Shown: positions 9,330 to 18,743 of the stretch, piece by piece
How positions within the stretch are numbered: position 1 is the first letter of the stretch
Layout of the letters: every line of letters starts with the position of its first letter
Source: a virus
Length of the DNA stretch: 64,000 nt
Virus record (IMG/VR): IMGVR_UViG_3300012228_000001
Coordinates: 39,293 to 103,292 of that record
Reading direction: 5' to 3' (one strand)
Program-made: the position numbers and the translations under genes
Notes under the pieces: model-generated
What the model was told of the DNA's origin: nothing
What the model saw: only the letters and a program-made list of their open reading frames with translations
The model's database searches: none

Positions 9330-9547
9330 AGATCGTCAAACGCACGTTTGCGGCAAAGAAGCATCCGATAGGTAGCGCCGAAAGGGACGAGCTAAACAAA
9401 GACTGGCTTACCAGCGAGTATATGCCGTCGCACAAGTACGGCATACGAAACGATGACAACGGTCACACGCCGTTCACCTATCGGACAAAGGCCGAGGCTC
9501 TTGCAAAGAAATGCGAATTCGCAACGAAAGGGCGATTCTATGTCTGA
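9326..9547 (+). CDS. Hypothetical protein
   Basis: ATGA coupling to the previous ORF. Confidence 0.5.
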   Translation: MKIVKRTFAAKKHPIGSAERDELNKDWLTSEYMPSHKYGIRNDDNGHTPFTYRTKAEALAKKCEFATKGRFYV

Positions 9548-9824
9548 ACAGAAAGTCTGCGCCTGCCACGAGCAGGCCAAGGAATTAAAGGCGGACGATT
9601 ACCCGTACAAGTGCCCGACGATACCGGGCCGCGTCCATGTCCAGTGCAAGAAGTGCCACGAGCGGATCGCGCTCGACTTCGGCTCGCTGACCAAGGAAGA
9701 CGCGGAGAAAGCGCTGCGCGACGTTGCCCTAACCCCCGGCGAGTGTCCGGGCTACCACGTCGAGTTTAGCATGTGGACTTATTGGCAGTGCGCGAAAGCG
9801 CTCGAAGTAGCGTTCGCAAACTAA
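9540..9824 (+). CDS. Cys-rich hypothetical protein
   Basis: MSEQKVCAC.., CKKC; overlapping start. Confidence 0.5.
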   Translation: MSEQKVCACHEQAKELKADDYPYKCPTIPGRVHVQCKKCHERIALDFGSLTKEDAEKALRDVALTPGECPGYHVEFSMWTYWQCAKALEVAFAN

Positions 9825-9848
9825 CTCAAAAATACGAAGGGAGAATTT

Positions 9849-10325
9849 ATGGGATTTTGTTATACCGACACCGGCCTGCTCTGCTGCGATATTTGCGGTC
9901 GACATGGCGGCGTTCGGAAAATACGGTGCCCGTTTGGCTGGTGCGGGCCGTGCGCCGCTTGCCCGGATTGTCGGAAAGACCCGGACAAGAAAAAATACTT
10001 TTCCGCCGCGCATCATCGCGAGTCGGGTTGCGAGCGCGAGCATGCCAGGTTCGCCGCAAGCGAAAAGCTGCGATACGACTTGATAAACGCCGGACGTGCC
10101 GTTCGCTGCTCGGCCTTGAGCGTCAAGGTCGGCAAGAGAGATAAGGTTCACGTTCTGTTCGCCAAGAAAGACGGATCGTGCATCGGCTTCTACATGAGCG
10201 CCGAGACCTATCACGCCTTCCCGCTGGCCGAACCGAAAACGCCGGAAGACTACCGCAGGCACGGCAAGCTAACCAAAGCACCCGCCGAGTTTCATTTCGG
10301 CGGAACAACGAAGAGGGCTGCATAA
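9849..10325 (+). CDS. Cys-rich (Zn-binding) hypothetical protein
   Basis: CDIC, CPFGWC, CPDC; SD AAGGGAG. Confidence 0.6.
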   Translation: MGFCYTDTGLLCCDICGRHGGVRKIRCPFGWCGPCAACPDCRKDPDKKKYFSAAHHRESGCEREHARFAASEKLRYDLINAGRAVRCSALSVKVGKRDKVHVLFAKKDGSCIGFYMSAETYHAFPLAEPKTPEDYRRHGKLTKAPAEFHFGGTTKRAA

Positions 10326-10326
10326 T

Positions 10327-10872
10327 ATGAACGGGGAATTTCAACTACCGCCTTTGAAAACATTGGACGAAAAAGAAACGCTGGCGCTGCTCAAACTTAG
10401 CCTAGAAGAAATCCATCAACTCGATAGGGAGCTAGGCGGCATGGGCAAGTGGCGCATCAAGTCGCTGTGGCTATGTGAACTTTTGAATCAGCGCGAGAAA
10501 ACCCACGGCTTTCAGTACAACGCCGAATTTCTGCGCTGGTTCGAAAAAGAATACGGCGTTGGGCCGTTCGCCGAAAACGGCTCGACTCTATCGATATTGA
10601 TCTACAACGCGCAGGGATACCGACGCCATGATCGGCTCGTAGCCGAGGGGTGGCAACCGGGGAGCGAAGCATTGCTACAAGAAGCCTTCGAGCAGAATCG
10701 AATGCTTGAGATTCGCAAAAGCAGTCTCTTTGGCGGCGTTGGCATAACTCCGCTCAAGATTAAGAAAGTCGGCGACAAGCTTTATGCGATGGCCCCAAAG
10801 AAACGAAAGTATGCCGTCAACATTGTCGGCGAGCCGGTGCGGATGAAAGGCGAGGTTAATGCCACAAGCTGA
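10327..10872 (+). CDS. Hypothetical protein
   Basis: 181 aa ORF in the packed operon. Confidence 0.55.
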   Translation: MNGEFQLPPLKTLDEKETLALLKLSLEEIHQLDRELGGMGKWRIKSLWLCELLNQREKTHGFQYNAEFLRWFEKEYGVGPFAENGSTLSILIYNAQGYRRHDRLVAEGWQPGSEALLQEAFEQNRMLEIRKSSLFGGVGITPLKIKKVGDKLYAMAPKKRKYAVNIVGEPVRMKGEVNATS

Positions 10873-11134
10873 TAAGTGGGCAAAGCAATGGCAAGTGCAA
10901 GGGAGCGCCTCCGCTCCCTACACTGTGTCAGTCGATTGGAACAGCAATTGGGCTTGCAGTTGCGTCGGATGGATACGGCATTTCCCGCGCCAGGATTGCA
11001 AGCATATCAAGAAAATACGTTGTAGCTGCACCGGGCCGGGAATTTGTTGTCACATCAAACAAAGCATGTCGCCGGAAGTCGAGAAGCCTAAGTCGCGGCT
11101 ATCGATCCGGTCAGTCAGAAACGAGGGATTATGA
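10859..11134 (+). CDS. SWIM zinc-finger protein
   Basis: YTVS..WACSCVGW..CKHI SWIM signature. Confidence 0.7.
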   Translation: MPQADKWAKQWQVQGSASAPYTVSVDWNSNWACSCVGWIRHFPRQDCKHIKKIRCSCTGPGICCHIKQSMSPEVEKPKSRLSIRSVRNEGL

Positions 11135-11148
11135 AAGGGGGGAGAAAC

Positions 11149-11445
11149 ATGAAAGCGCAGGAAAAACACAAACTGTTTCGGGAGCAGGTCGCAAGCGGGG
11201 TGTGGCCGCAAGATAGCTGCGAGAAGTGCCTGCACAAATACTACGCCTGCAAGACATGCGGGCATAGCCAGTTCACCAAGCCGGATCAGCCGGACGAACT
11301 GTGCAGCAAGTGTCACGGCGGGGTTTTGGTCTATACCGAAACTCGCATCTGTTGCGAACGGTTCGGCCATCACTTGTACTCTTGCTGCCTGCACTGCGGC
11401 AACGATGAACGGAATATCCGCAACATGAACTTTAGGGGGGAATAG
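11149..11445 (+). CDS. Cys-rich hypothetical protein
   Basis: Multiple CxxC pairs. Confidence 0.5.
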   Translation: MKAQEKHKLFREQVASGVWPQDSCEKCLHKYYACKTCGHSQFTKPDQPDELCSKCHGGVLVYTETRICCERFGHHLYSCCLHCGNDERNIRNMNFRGE

Positions 11446-12299
11446 TGATTTTAGAGATACCGATTGAGCAGATAATGCCCGACCCGAACCAGCCCCGTAA
11501 AACTTTCGATCAAGCCAAGATCGACTCGCTTGGTCAATCGATCAAGCAAGTGGGGCTGATTCAGCCTATTCTTGTCCGGCCCGCCGACGCCAACGGCGTG
11601 CATCTTATCGTCGCGGGGGAGCGCCGCTACCGGGCGCATCTTTCCGCTTGCATCGGAGTAATCCGGTGTTGTATATATTACGGGGAAAATAAAGCTGAAA
11701 CATTGGCGGTTCAGCTAATTGAGAACCTTGACCGTGAAGACATGAACCCTGTCGACACGGCCAAGGGTTTTCAATCGTTGTTGGAAGCGGGATGGCAAAT
11801 CGAGACGGTCGCAGAGCGAACGGGATTAAGCCCAAGTACGATTCAATCGAAGTTGAATTTGCTTAATCTGGATCAACGGATTCAGAAGCAAGTCGCTGCC
11901 GGTCAACTCTTCGAGTCGGTTGCCATCGCCCTTTCACGACTAAGCAAGAACGGTCAGTTTCTAGCGCTGCGTAGGATCAAGTCGAAATCCTACGCGGAAG
12001 CAAGACCCGTGATCGACGCGGTGCTGTGCCAAGAACAGCAAGTCGATTTGTTCGCTGCGCCAGAATCTAAGCGCGACGCGAATAAGCTGGTTCGCGCCTA
12101 CACGATGGCGATGTTGTCGCTTGTGGCGTTCTGCAAGAAAGTCTACGGCGACGACTACCGGGTGCTGGCGGGCAGGCTGGACGATGGCCGGTTAGGCAAG
12201 CGGATCGACGAGATCGATCTGGCGATCAAAGGTTTGAAAAGAATCAAGCATGAACTGGAAGTCTACCAGCACGCGAAAAAACTTAGGAGAGTGGCATGA
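11445..12299 (+). CDS. parB: ParB/RepB/Spo0J-family protein
   Basis: PNQPRK, GLIQPILVR, VAGERRYRA, IENLDREDMNP and HTH. Confidence 0.9.
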   Translation: MILEIPIEQIMPDPNQPRKTFDQAKIDSLGQSIKQVGLIQPILVRPADANGVHLIVAGERRYRAHLSACIGVIRCCIYYGENKAETLAVQLIENLDREDMNPVDTAKGFQSLLEAGWQIETVAERTGLSPSTIQSKLNLLNLDQRIQKQVAAGQLFESVAIALSRLSKNGQFLALRRIKSKSYAEARPVIDAVLCQEQQVDLFAAPESKRDANKLVRAYTMAMLSLVAFCKKVYGDDYRVLAGRLDDGRLGKRIDEIDLAIKGLKRIKHELEVYQHAKKLRRVA

Positions 12300-12676
12300 A
12301 ATATACAACATACGATTCCCGCAAGCCGTTCAAGTCGGCAGACTTCGGGCAGGTCAAGCGCGATATTGGCGTGCTCGTATCGATACCGTTCCGTCACATG
12401 GGAATAATACCGGGCCGTCCGCGTTGCGTCGAAGTGTCCTACGAGACGCCGCGAATGTTCAACACGGAAACCTATGCGGCACTTGCGGTGCCGGAACATC
12501 ACTGGCGACCGGAAGCCATTGCGCAAACCGAAACGATTATCGGCAATATCGACAAGCTGATTGCTGACCTAAACAGCCATCGGTCGCGGCTCAAAGTGGC
12601 GGTCGGGCGGCTACGCGATATCGAGAACATGAAACAACGGATGATTTACCAAGCGATACAGGAGAACCTAACATGA
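12296..12676 (+). CDS. Hypothetical protein
   Basis: ATGA-coupled ORF. Confidence 0.5.
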   Translation: MKYTTYDSRKPFKSADFGQVKRDIGVLVSIPFRHMGIIPGRPRCVEVSYETPRMFNTETYAALAVPEHHWRPEAIAQTETIIGNIDKLIADLNSHRSRLKVAVGRLRDIENMKQRMIYQAIQENLT

Positions 12677-12951
12677 TCTATCTAACATGCTGCGTCGCTT
12701 CGACTGCGGCAAAGATTCGCGCAATGCGCGACCGGGAACGCCGGATTGGATACGCAACAGCCCGCAAGGCCATCGGCGGCGAGACGCTGGATGATTGGGC
12801 GAGCGCCATGCGGTATGACACCGGATCGGAACGCGGCGGCTTGCGGCTGCAAAACGATTTCGCCGTTTCGTACTATCGCAGCGTTTACGATGGGAAGCCA
12901 TGCGTGTTCATCGAGCATTCGGCAATCGAATATATTTTCGTGCGAGGGTAA
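12673..12951 (+). CDS. Conserved phage hypothetical protein
   Basis: D.AVSYYRSVY.G.PC.FI.HSAIEYIF motif. Confidence 0.6.
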   Translation: MIYLTCCVASTAAKIRAMRDRERRIGYATARKAIGGETLDDWASAMRYDTGSERGGLRLQNDFAVSYYRSVYDGKPCVFIEHSAIEYIFVRG

Positions 12952-12953
12952 AT

Positions 12954-13178
12954 ATGAGCTATCCAACACTCAAAGAAGTAAACGCGGCAGATCACGAGCA
13001 GATTTGCCGCTGGTGGCGCTTTCTACCGTCGCCCGGCACGGGCGCGATTGGCGAGCATAGCTTTAAGGCGGCGCTGGCACGCGAGGCAAAAATCATGGAT
13101 CGCATCGGCGAGCGCCTATACAAAGAGTTCGGCGGCTTTACGCCAGAAATCAGCAAAAAGATCGGATGGGAAAGATGA
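12954..13178 (+). CDS. Hypothetical protein
   Basis: WWRFLPSPG..GGFTPEISKKIGW; SD GAGGG. Confidence 0.6.
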   Translation: MSYPTLKEVNAADHEQICRWWRFLPSPGTGAIGEHSFKAALAREAKIMDRIGERLYKEFGGFTPEISKKIGWER

Positions 13179-13531
13179 CAAAACGTTGGGAAAGACGGCG
13201 CTATTTCAAGTTCACTTGGGCCGTGCCGCCGTCTGGCAAAGTGAGGCTCGGCGACATGGCGCTGGACTCGTTTCCGATCACCGACAAGCCGCTTGTAATC
13301 TACGGCTACGAGTCTGATTCGGAGTTCAACGACGATCACGGCTATATCGACGAGTGCCTATGGCACGGCAAGGTGCATGGCTACTGGTTCTCGATCAAGT
13401 GCGTTGACGGCGAGTGGGGGTCAAACCCGCTTGCCAGGATGACGCAGATTAGCGCGGAAGAATTTGAACTGGCGAAGAACGTCGGCTTCAAGGTCGACTG
13501 GACGCGAGCGCCGAGAAAGGAAGGGCTATGA
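13175..13531 (+). CDS. Hypothetical protein
   Basis: ATGA-coupled ORF. Confidence 0.5.
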   Translation: MTKRWERRRYFKFTWAVPPSGKVRLGDMALDSFPITDKPLVIYGYESDSEFNDDHGYIDECLWHGKVHGYWFSIKCVDGEWGSNPLARMTQISAEEFELAKNVGFKVDWTRAPRKEGL

Positions 13532-13677
13532 GATTTGTTTTTACCCTAGTGGCAGCAACGCTAATTGGCCTGACGCTGCGATTCCAAGGCGCACCCGATT
13601 GGGCCGCAACGATGTTCACAATCGCCTTCTGCGGCGTCATGGGTTATCTGGCGGGCCGAGACACAAAGAAAGGGTGA
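13528..13677 (+). CDS. Small two-helix membrane protein
   Basis: Read by hand: MRFVFTLVAATLIGLTL..WAATMFTIAFCGVMGYLAG; SD GGAAGG. Confidence 0.5.
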   Translation: MRFVFTLVAATLIGLTLRFQGAPDWAATMFTIAFCGVMGYLAGRDTKKG

Positions 13678-13683
13678 GGGGTC

Positions 13684-13872
13684 ATGGAGAACAAAAGACA
13701 TACCGAGTTGCATCAAGCGCTCGACGAGTTGTGCGCGTGCTACTTTTCGCAGACGCGCAAACTCTTTTCGCAGTCGACAATTTTGGAGCTGATGCAGTTC
13801 AGCTCGAAGCTGATGGACATGGAACAGGACGGCAAAATTCCGCCGTGCTTTGTGGAGGGAAAACATGATTGA
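13684..13872 (+). CDS. Hypothetical protein
   Basis: SD GAGGGG; packed operon. Confidence 0.5.
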   Translation: MENKRHTELHQALDELCACYFSQTRKLFSQSTILELMQFSSKLMDMEQDGKIPPCFVEGKHD

Positions 13873-14152
13873 ACTAAGCGCAGATAAGCCGCTCAAGCGC
13901 GGCATACCGGGCACGCATTTCTACGTCGAACTTTTTGCCGGACATTTTACCATCAAGGCTAGAGGGTCGCGCAGGTCGGGCGCGCATTGTAATTGGGTGC
14001 TCGTTCTCAAATCCCCCGAAGCGGTGGTGCCAATGAGCGCACCGGCCAAGATACGCAACGGGCTGGAATACCTACGGTGGATCGTTGAGCGGCAGGAACG
14101 AAAGGGGAAGCGTGAAAACAATAGACGCGCCGATGCTAAAGAGAATCCTTGA
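13865..14152 (+). CDS. Hypothetical protein
   Basis: SD GGAGGG. Confidence 0.45.
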   Translation: MIELSADKPLKRGIPGTHFYVELFAGHFTIKARGSRRSGAHCNWVLVLKSPEAVVPMSAPAKIRNGLEYLRWIVERQERKGKRENNRRADAKENP

Positions 14153-14531
14153 TACGCTGGTGCCGTCGTCCGACCGCGATTTCACTGTCGAGATCGTGGC
14201 CGGGCGGCATCGCCGCAGGCGCATCGCGGCGCAGTACCGCGTCATCGATAAGTCGATCAAGACATACGGCGAGTTTCATCCGTTGACAATCGTCGCGCTA
14301 GGCGTGCATGAGCTGGCTCACCACGTCGCCCGCAAGCGCGGGTACGGCGGGCACGGCAAGGGGTTTATCGACACGCTCGACAAACTGGTGCGCCTTTTCA
14401 ATCTCGGTTACGCCGAATCGATGAAAATGGATTTGAACTTCGACAAGCGTCAACCGTCGACGAAAATGCTCTTTTTCATCAAAAGGGAGAAAACGGAACA
14501 CCACGGGAATATAAGGGTAGAGAGGGGGTGA
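14112..14531 (+). CDS. SprT-like/zincin metallopeptidase domain protein
   Basis: VHELAHH (HExxH) followed by GHGKGF. Confidence 0.65.
   Translation: MKTIDAPMLKRILDTLVPSSDRDFTVEIVAGRHRRRRIAAQYRVIDKSIKTYGEFHPLTIVALGVHELAHHVARKRGYGGHGKGFIDTLDKLVRLFNLGYAESMKMDLNFDKRQPSTKMLFFIKREKTEHHGNIRVERG
14489..14511 (+). promoter_or_regulatory. Early-region element, copy 3, left half
   Basis: GAAAACGGAACACCACGGGAATA, two mismatches to copies 1 and 2; the right half lies at 15057-15072. Confidence 0.5.
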
Positions 14532-14537
14532 TCCGAA

Positions 14538-15053
14538 ATGATGGCGAAGGCCAAAGCAGAATACCAGCGACGATGGCGACGAGCTAATCTTGATAGGTTT
14601 GCGAAATGGCAAAGAGATTATAGATCGCGGCATCCCGAAAAAGTACGAGCGCAGTTAAACGCTTGGAGATTGAAGAATCCTGAATCATACAACGCCATCA
14701 TCGCTCGCTGGCGAGATACGCATCGCGCAGAATGGCAAGCCTACAGCGCCAGATGGCGCAGAGAGAATGCCGCAGCTAGGCGCGAGCATGACTTGAAACG
14801 GCGGGCCGCAAAACAGAAAGCGACAATTCGGGACAGAAAGAAAATTGCCGCATGGATCAAGTCATGGCACCGAAAGCCGAAGGTCCGCTGTCACTGGTGC
14901 CGAAAGTATTTGCCAGGGAGAAAGTGCCAAGTTGACCATGTAATCCCGCTGTCCAAGGGCGGGCGACACACGCTCAACAATCTGGTCAAATCGTGCGGCG
15001 ATTGCAACATGCGCAAGGGCGCAAAACTAATTGTGAGGGTGAAGGGAGAGTAA
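14538..15053 (+). CDS. HNH endonuclease (paralog 1)
   Basis: CHWC..VDHVIPLSKGG.H..NNLVKSCGDCN; Arg-rich N-terminus. Confidence 0.9.
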   Translation: MMAKAKAEYQRRWRRANLDRFAKWQRDYRSRHPEKVRAQLNAWRLKNPESYNAIIARWRDTHRAEWQAYSARWRRENAAARREHDLKRRAAKQKATIRDRKKIAAWIKSWHRKPKVRCHWCRKYLPGRKCQVDHVIPLSKGGRHTLNNLVKSCGDCNMRKGAKLIVRVKGE

Positions 15054-15096
15054 GGCTTACTAACGGGCGCAACCAAGGGAAGGGAGAAAGATCGAT

Positions 15097-15480
15097 ATGT
15101 CTCATATCGCGAATTACGCAACCGAGATTCAGAACCCCGACTTGAACCTGCTCGCGCAGGCTTTTCAAGTCGTGGCGCAAACCCACGGCGGGCAAGTAGG
15201 CTCGCAAGTTTTCGAGTACAGCAACAGCTACGCGCAGGACGTGCAGCTCGCGCTAACCACGCCGAACTTCAAGCGCGGCATCGGTATCAAGATCGGCGCA
15301 AACGGCAAGCTGGAATTTGTCGGCGATCCGTATAACGCGCAAAAGCAGTGGGCGGAATTACAGCAGGAAATACTAAACACGTTCACCGCGCTCGGCTTTA
15401 ACGACGCGCTGCTTGAACTCGGCTACGCCGTCGATATCGAACAGTCTAACGGCGAGATTCAACTAACGGCCCTGGCGTGA
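15097..15480 (+). CDS. DUF1257 (Ycf35-like) protein
   Basis: MSH...TEI..L..A start, IGI....LEFVGD, GY..E..NGEIQL end; upstream of DUF2997 and AAA genes. Confidence 0.6.
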   Translation: MSHIANYATEIQNPDLNLLAQAFQVVAQTHGGQVGSQVFEYSNSYAQDVQLALTTPNFKRGIGIKIGANGKLEFVGDPYNAQKQWAELQQEILNTFTALGFNDALLELGYAVDIEQSNGEIQLTALA

Positions 15481-16130
15481 CCGAGCACCAGCGATTATTA
15501 GCCTGCCAAGCAACGGCAAGATGGCGCTCGGCGCATCGTGAGCAAGCCAGAGAAGCTACGCGGAAATGGCGACGTAAACATAGAAAGGGGGTTGAGGCGT
15601 ACCGCAAGTTGTATCGAGAGCGAAACCGCAGCGCGATTTTAGCTTACAATGCACAATATCGAGTCAAACATAAAACGCGGCGCAATAAGTATAGTCGTCT
15701 GTGGTATGCGACTTATGGGAAAGAGTATCAAAATCAATGGTATGCCAGAAATCGGCACAGGTGTTTAACTTCTGCCGCCAAGTGGCGCGTAAAGCATTCT
15801 GACCGCATCCTTAAATGGCGGGCTAATAACCCGCACATCTTACGACAGCAATCGATGAAACGTCGCGCCCTGAAGCGCGGTGCTGCCGTTGGGGATGCAA
15901 AGGCCATCATCGCCTGGATAAAATCGTGGCAACGCAAGCGATGGGTTAAGTGCCACTGGTGCCGCAAATCATTTCTTGGCAAAAAGTGTCACGCCGATCA
16001 TGTGATACCGCTGTCCAAGGGCGGGGCGCATTCGAGAAGAAATCTGGTCGTGTCGTGTGCGACGTGCAATCGTCGAAAATTTACTCTGTTACCTAAATCA
16101 TGGAAGGAGAAACGTTATGGCGGGTTTTAA
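15477..16130 (+). CDS. HNH endonuclease (paralog 2)
   Basis: CHWC..ADHVIPLSKGGAH..NLVVSCATCN. Confidence 0.9.
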   Translation: MTEHQRLLACQATARWRSAHREQAREATRKWRRKHRKGVEAYRKLYRERNRSAILAYNAQYRVKHKTRRNKYSRLWYATYGKEYQNQWYARNRHRCLTSAAKWRVKHSDRILKWRANNPHILRQQSMKRRALKRGAAVGDAKAIIAWIKSWQRKRWVKCHWCRKSFLGKKCHADHVIPLSKGGAHSRRNLVVSCATCNRRKFTLLPKSWKEKRYGGF

Positions 16131-16329
16131 GATTGTTATTCAGAAATCGGGGAATGTAATCACCGAAGCGGAAGGGTTCGCGGGAGAGACTTGTGTCACT
16201 CGTGCGGGCGAAATCATGGAAGCCCTTAAACGGCGCGGCATCGGCGTTCACCTGGATACTTTTCACATGAAAGACCCTTCGTGCGAAGGCGTCGTTCACT
16301 TGGCCGACGTTTTGAAAAGCGGGAAGTAG
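16117..16329 (+). CDS. DUF2997-family protein
   Basis: I.I.KSGNVITEAEGFAGETC motif; SD AAGGAG. Confidence 0.7.
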   Translation: MAGFKIVIQKSGNVITEAEGFAGETCVTRAGEIMEALKRRGIGVHLDTFHMKDPSCEGVVHLADVLKSGK

Positions 16330-16336
16330 TGCGGGC

Positions 16337-17059
16337 ATGAGCAAGCGGAGCAAGCAGCGCGAATACGACGCGAAGCGGAGATACGACCCTCACCGGATCG
16401 CTTCGCGTCGAGAACAGGGGCGGCGCTACCTTATCGCCAATCGGGACCGGATCACGAAATATCAACGCGAATGGGATGCGAACAACCGTGGGAAGAAAAG
16501 GGGGTATCAACGAAAATACTACGCCACGCACCGCAAGCAAATTAAAGCGCGTCGAGCGAATGGACGACCGGCTATGTTGGCTTACCTAAAGAAATATAGG
16601 GCGGCGCACCGCGAAGAATTTGCCGCTCGCGACGCCGCATATCACCGGGCGCACCCGGAAGCCAATAGGGCTGCGGTTCGCAGATACTTCAAGCGGCATC
16701 GAAGGCGGATCATGGCACGGATTAAACGCTGGAATGCGGCTCACCCGGAAAATGGACGCCAGCGAGTAATGCGATATCACGCCAGGAAGAAAGGGGCGAA
16801 GGTTGGCGACGCAAAGGCAATCGCAGCATGGATTGCATCGTGGCACCGCAAGCCGAAAGTTCGCTGCCACTGGTGCCACAAGTATTTTCCCGGCAAGTCG
16901 TGCCATGCCGACCATGTTGTGCCGCTGTCCAAGGGCGGGGCGCATGTACTCAAAAACTTGGTTAAATCGTGCGGCGATTGCAACAGGCGTAAAAGCGCGA
17001 AGTTGCCGCAGAAATGGAGAAAGGAAATAAAACATGGACTGGTTTCACGAACTCGCTGA
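16337..17059 (+). CDS. HNH endonuclease (paralog 3)
   Basis: CHWC..ADHVVPLSKGGAH..NLVKSCGDCN. Confidence 0.9.
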   Translation: MSKRSKQREYDAKRRYDPHRIASRREQGRRYLIANRDRITKYQREWDANNRGKKRGYQRKYYATHRKQIKARRANGRPAMLAYLKKYRAAHREEFAARDAAYHRAHPEANRAAVRRYFKRHRRRIMARIKRWNAAHPENGRQRVMRYHARKKGAKVGDAKAIAAWIASWHRKPKVRCHWCHKYFPGKSCHADHVVPLSKGGAHVLKNLVKSCGDCNRRKSAKLPQKWRKEIKHGLVSRTR

Positions 17060-18743
17060 CAAGTTCAGCGCGGGCATCGCGCATTGCTTTGTCATCCACG
17101 GCAACACGCGAGATTACATCGATGTCGACGACAACTATCACCCCATAGCGCAAGCGCTCGCTCACTTGTTCAAGAAGCGCGATGCGGTGATCTTTTACAA
17201 TCGCTCGGCGGGCTGGCGATTTCGAAACGACAAAGAGCGGACGCTAGTCAAGAACATGATTAGCTCCGCGAGCGGTCAGACGCCTAACCCGCTGGCGGCA
17301 GTGGCGGCAAAAGATGAATTTCCGAAACAACCCGCCGCCGCGATACCGATGTTTGAAAAGTTGCTCGGTGCCGACGCCAAGATTGCCGTTGTGGTTGAGT
17401 ACGCAGAATCAGTGTTCGCCATGCCCAAGTGGGACGCGGCGGGCGCGAACGGCGAGCTAGGCACGCAGATCGTGTCGGTGCTGCGGTGGGCCACGGATGC
17501 GGCCATCGCGTCAAAGAGTAACCCGATTATCTTGTTGTGCGCCGATAGCTTGAGCGATCTTCATCCGTCGCTCCGGTCGCCGGAAGCCAAGATCGAGCCG
17601 ATCTTTATTCCGTACCCGAAGCGCGAGGAACGGATGAAATTCATTCAGTGGTATCTCTTGCACAAAGAGATCGACATGGACGGCGTATCGCCCTCGCAGT
17701 TGGCGAACCTAACGGCGGGATTGGCGCTGACCATGATCGAAGATATTTTGCTGCGTTCTCAACAGATGGGCGGCTTGCAGCTCTCGTTTGTGAAAGAGCG
17801 CAAAGACGAAATCATCGCGGCTGAATACCAAGACGTGATTGAAATCGTCGAGCCGCACCACGGTTGGGAAGCGGTCGGCGGGCTGGATTACATCGAAGAT
17901 TTTTTCACGAAGAACGTAATCGATCCGATGGCGAACGGTGATTGTGCCCGCGTGCCGATGGGTGTGCTACTGCCCGGCCCCCCTGGCACCGGCAAGTCAA
18001 TCATTGCCGAAGCGCTGGCGAAAGAATCCGGCGTCAACATGGTCAAGTATTCGCCGGGCCGGTCGATGGGCAAGTTCGTCGGCGACTCGGAGAAAAACAC
18101 CGAACGGGTGTTTCGCGCAATCGAAGCCATCGCGCCTTGCATCGTGTTTATCGATGAATTGGACAAGGCGGTTCCCCATGAAGATGCGTATCAAGGCGAT
18201 AGCGGCGTGTCGTCTCGGATATTGCAGCGCTTGCAGGATTTCATGTCGGACACTAAGCATCGCGGGAAGATCGTTTTCCTTGGTGCGACGAACCGGCCTG
18301 ACCGAATCTCTGCGGCGATGAAGCGGGCCGGGCGTTTCGACAAAAAGATTCCGGTGCTTGCGCCGAATAGCGAAGCGCGGCACGGGGTTTTCAAGGCGTT
18401 GTTCGGTAAGTACAAGATCGCGTTCAAGGGCAAGCTGGACGAAGCGGTTAAACTCACCGAGGGCTACGTCGGCGCTGATATCGAAGCCATCGTTACGAAG
18501 TCTTGGGAGATCGCGCAGGACGACGGCAAGACGACCGTGACGGAAAAGCACTTGGCCGAAGCGCAGGACTGCATGTTGCCGTCCGTCGACGCCAAGCAAA
18601 TCGAGTGGATGACGGCGTTGGCAATCAAAGAGTGCAACGACCGTTCGTTGCTACCGCCAGATTACCGCAAGGCAATGACGCGGGAGAAAGTCGAGACGGT
18701 GATAGCAGAGTATAAGCAGCGCGAGGGACACCGCGAGCTGTAA
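17034..18743 (+). CDS. AAA+ ATPase (Ycf46/CDC48-like)
   Basis: Walker A GPPGTGKS, Walker B VFIDE, SRH ATNRP..RAGRFD; degenerate N-terminal AAA module. Confidence 0.92.
   Translation: MDWFHELADKFSAGIAHCFVIHGNTRDYIDVDDNYHPIAQALAHLFKKRDAVIFYNRSAGWRFRNDKERTLVKNMISSASGQTPNPLAAVAAKDEFPKQPAAAIPMFEKLLGADAKIAVVVEYAESVFAMPKWDAAGANGELGTQIVSVLRWATDAAIASKSNPIILLCADSLSDLHPSLRSPEAKIEPIFIPYPKREERMKFIQWYLLHKEIDMDGVSPSQLANLTAGLALTMIEDILLRSQQMGGLQLSFVKERKDEIIAAEYQDVIEIVEPHHGWEAVGGLDYIEDFFTKNVIDPMANGDCARVPMGVLLPGPPGTGKSIIAEALAKESGVNMVKYSPGRSMGKFVGDSEKNTERVFRAIEAIAPCIVFIDELDKAVPHEDAYQGDSGVSSRILQRLQDFMSDTKHRGKIVFLGATNRPDRISAAMKRAGRFDKKIPVLAPNSEARHGVFKALFGKYKIAFKGKLDEAVKLTEGYVGADIEAIVTKSWEIAQDDGKTTVTEKHLAEAQDCMLPSVDAKQIEWMTALAIKECNDRSLLPPDYRKAMTREKVETVIAEYKQREGHREL

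Noticed and set aside
7263-14511. 25-nt repeat as a CRISPR array
   Set aside because: Copies are kilobases apart and separated by genes; there are no regular spacers and no cas genes
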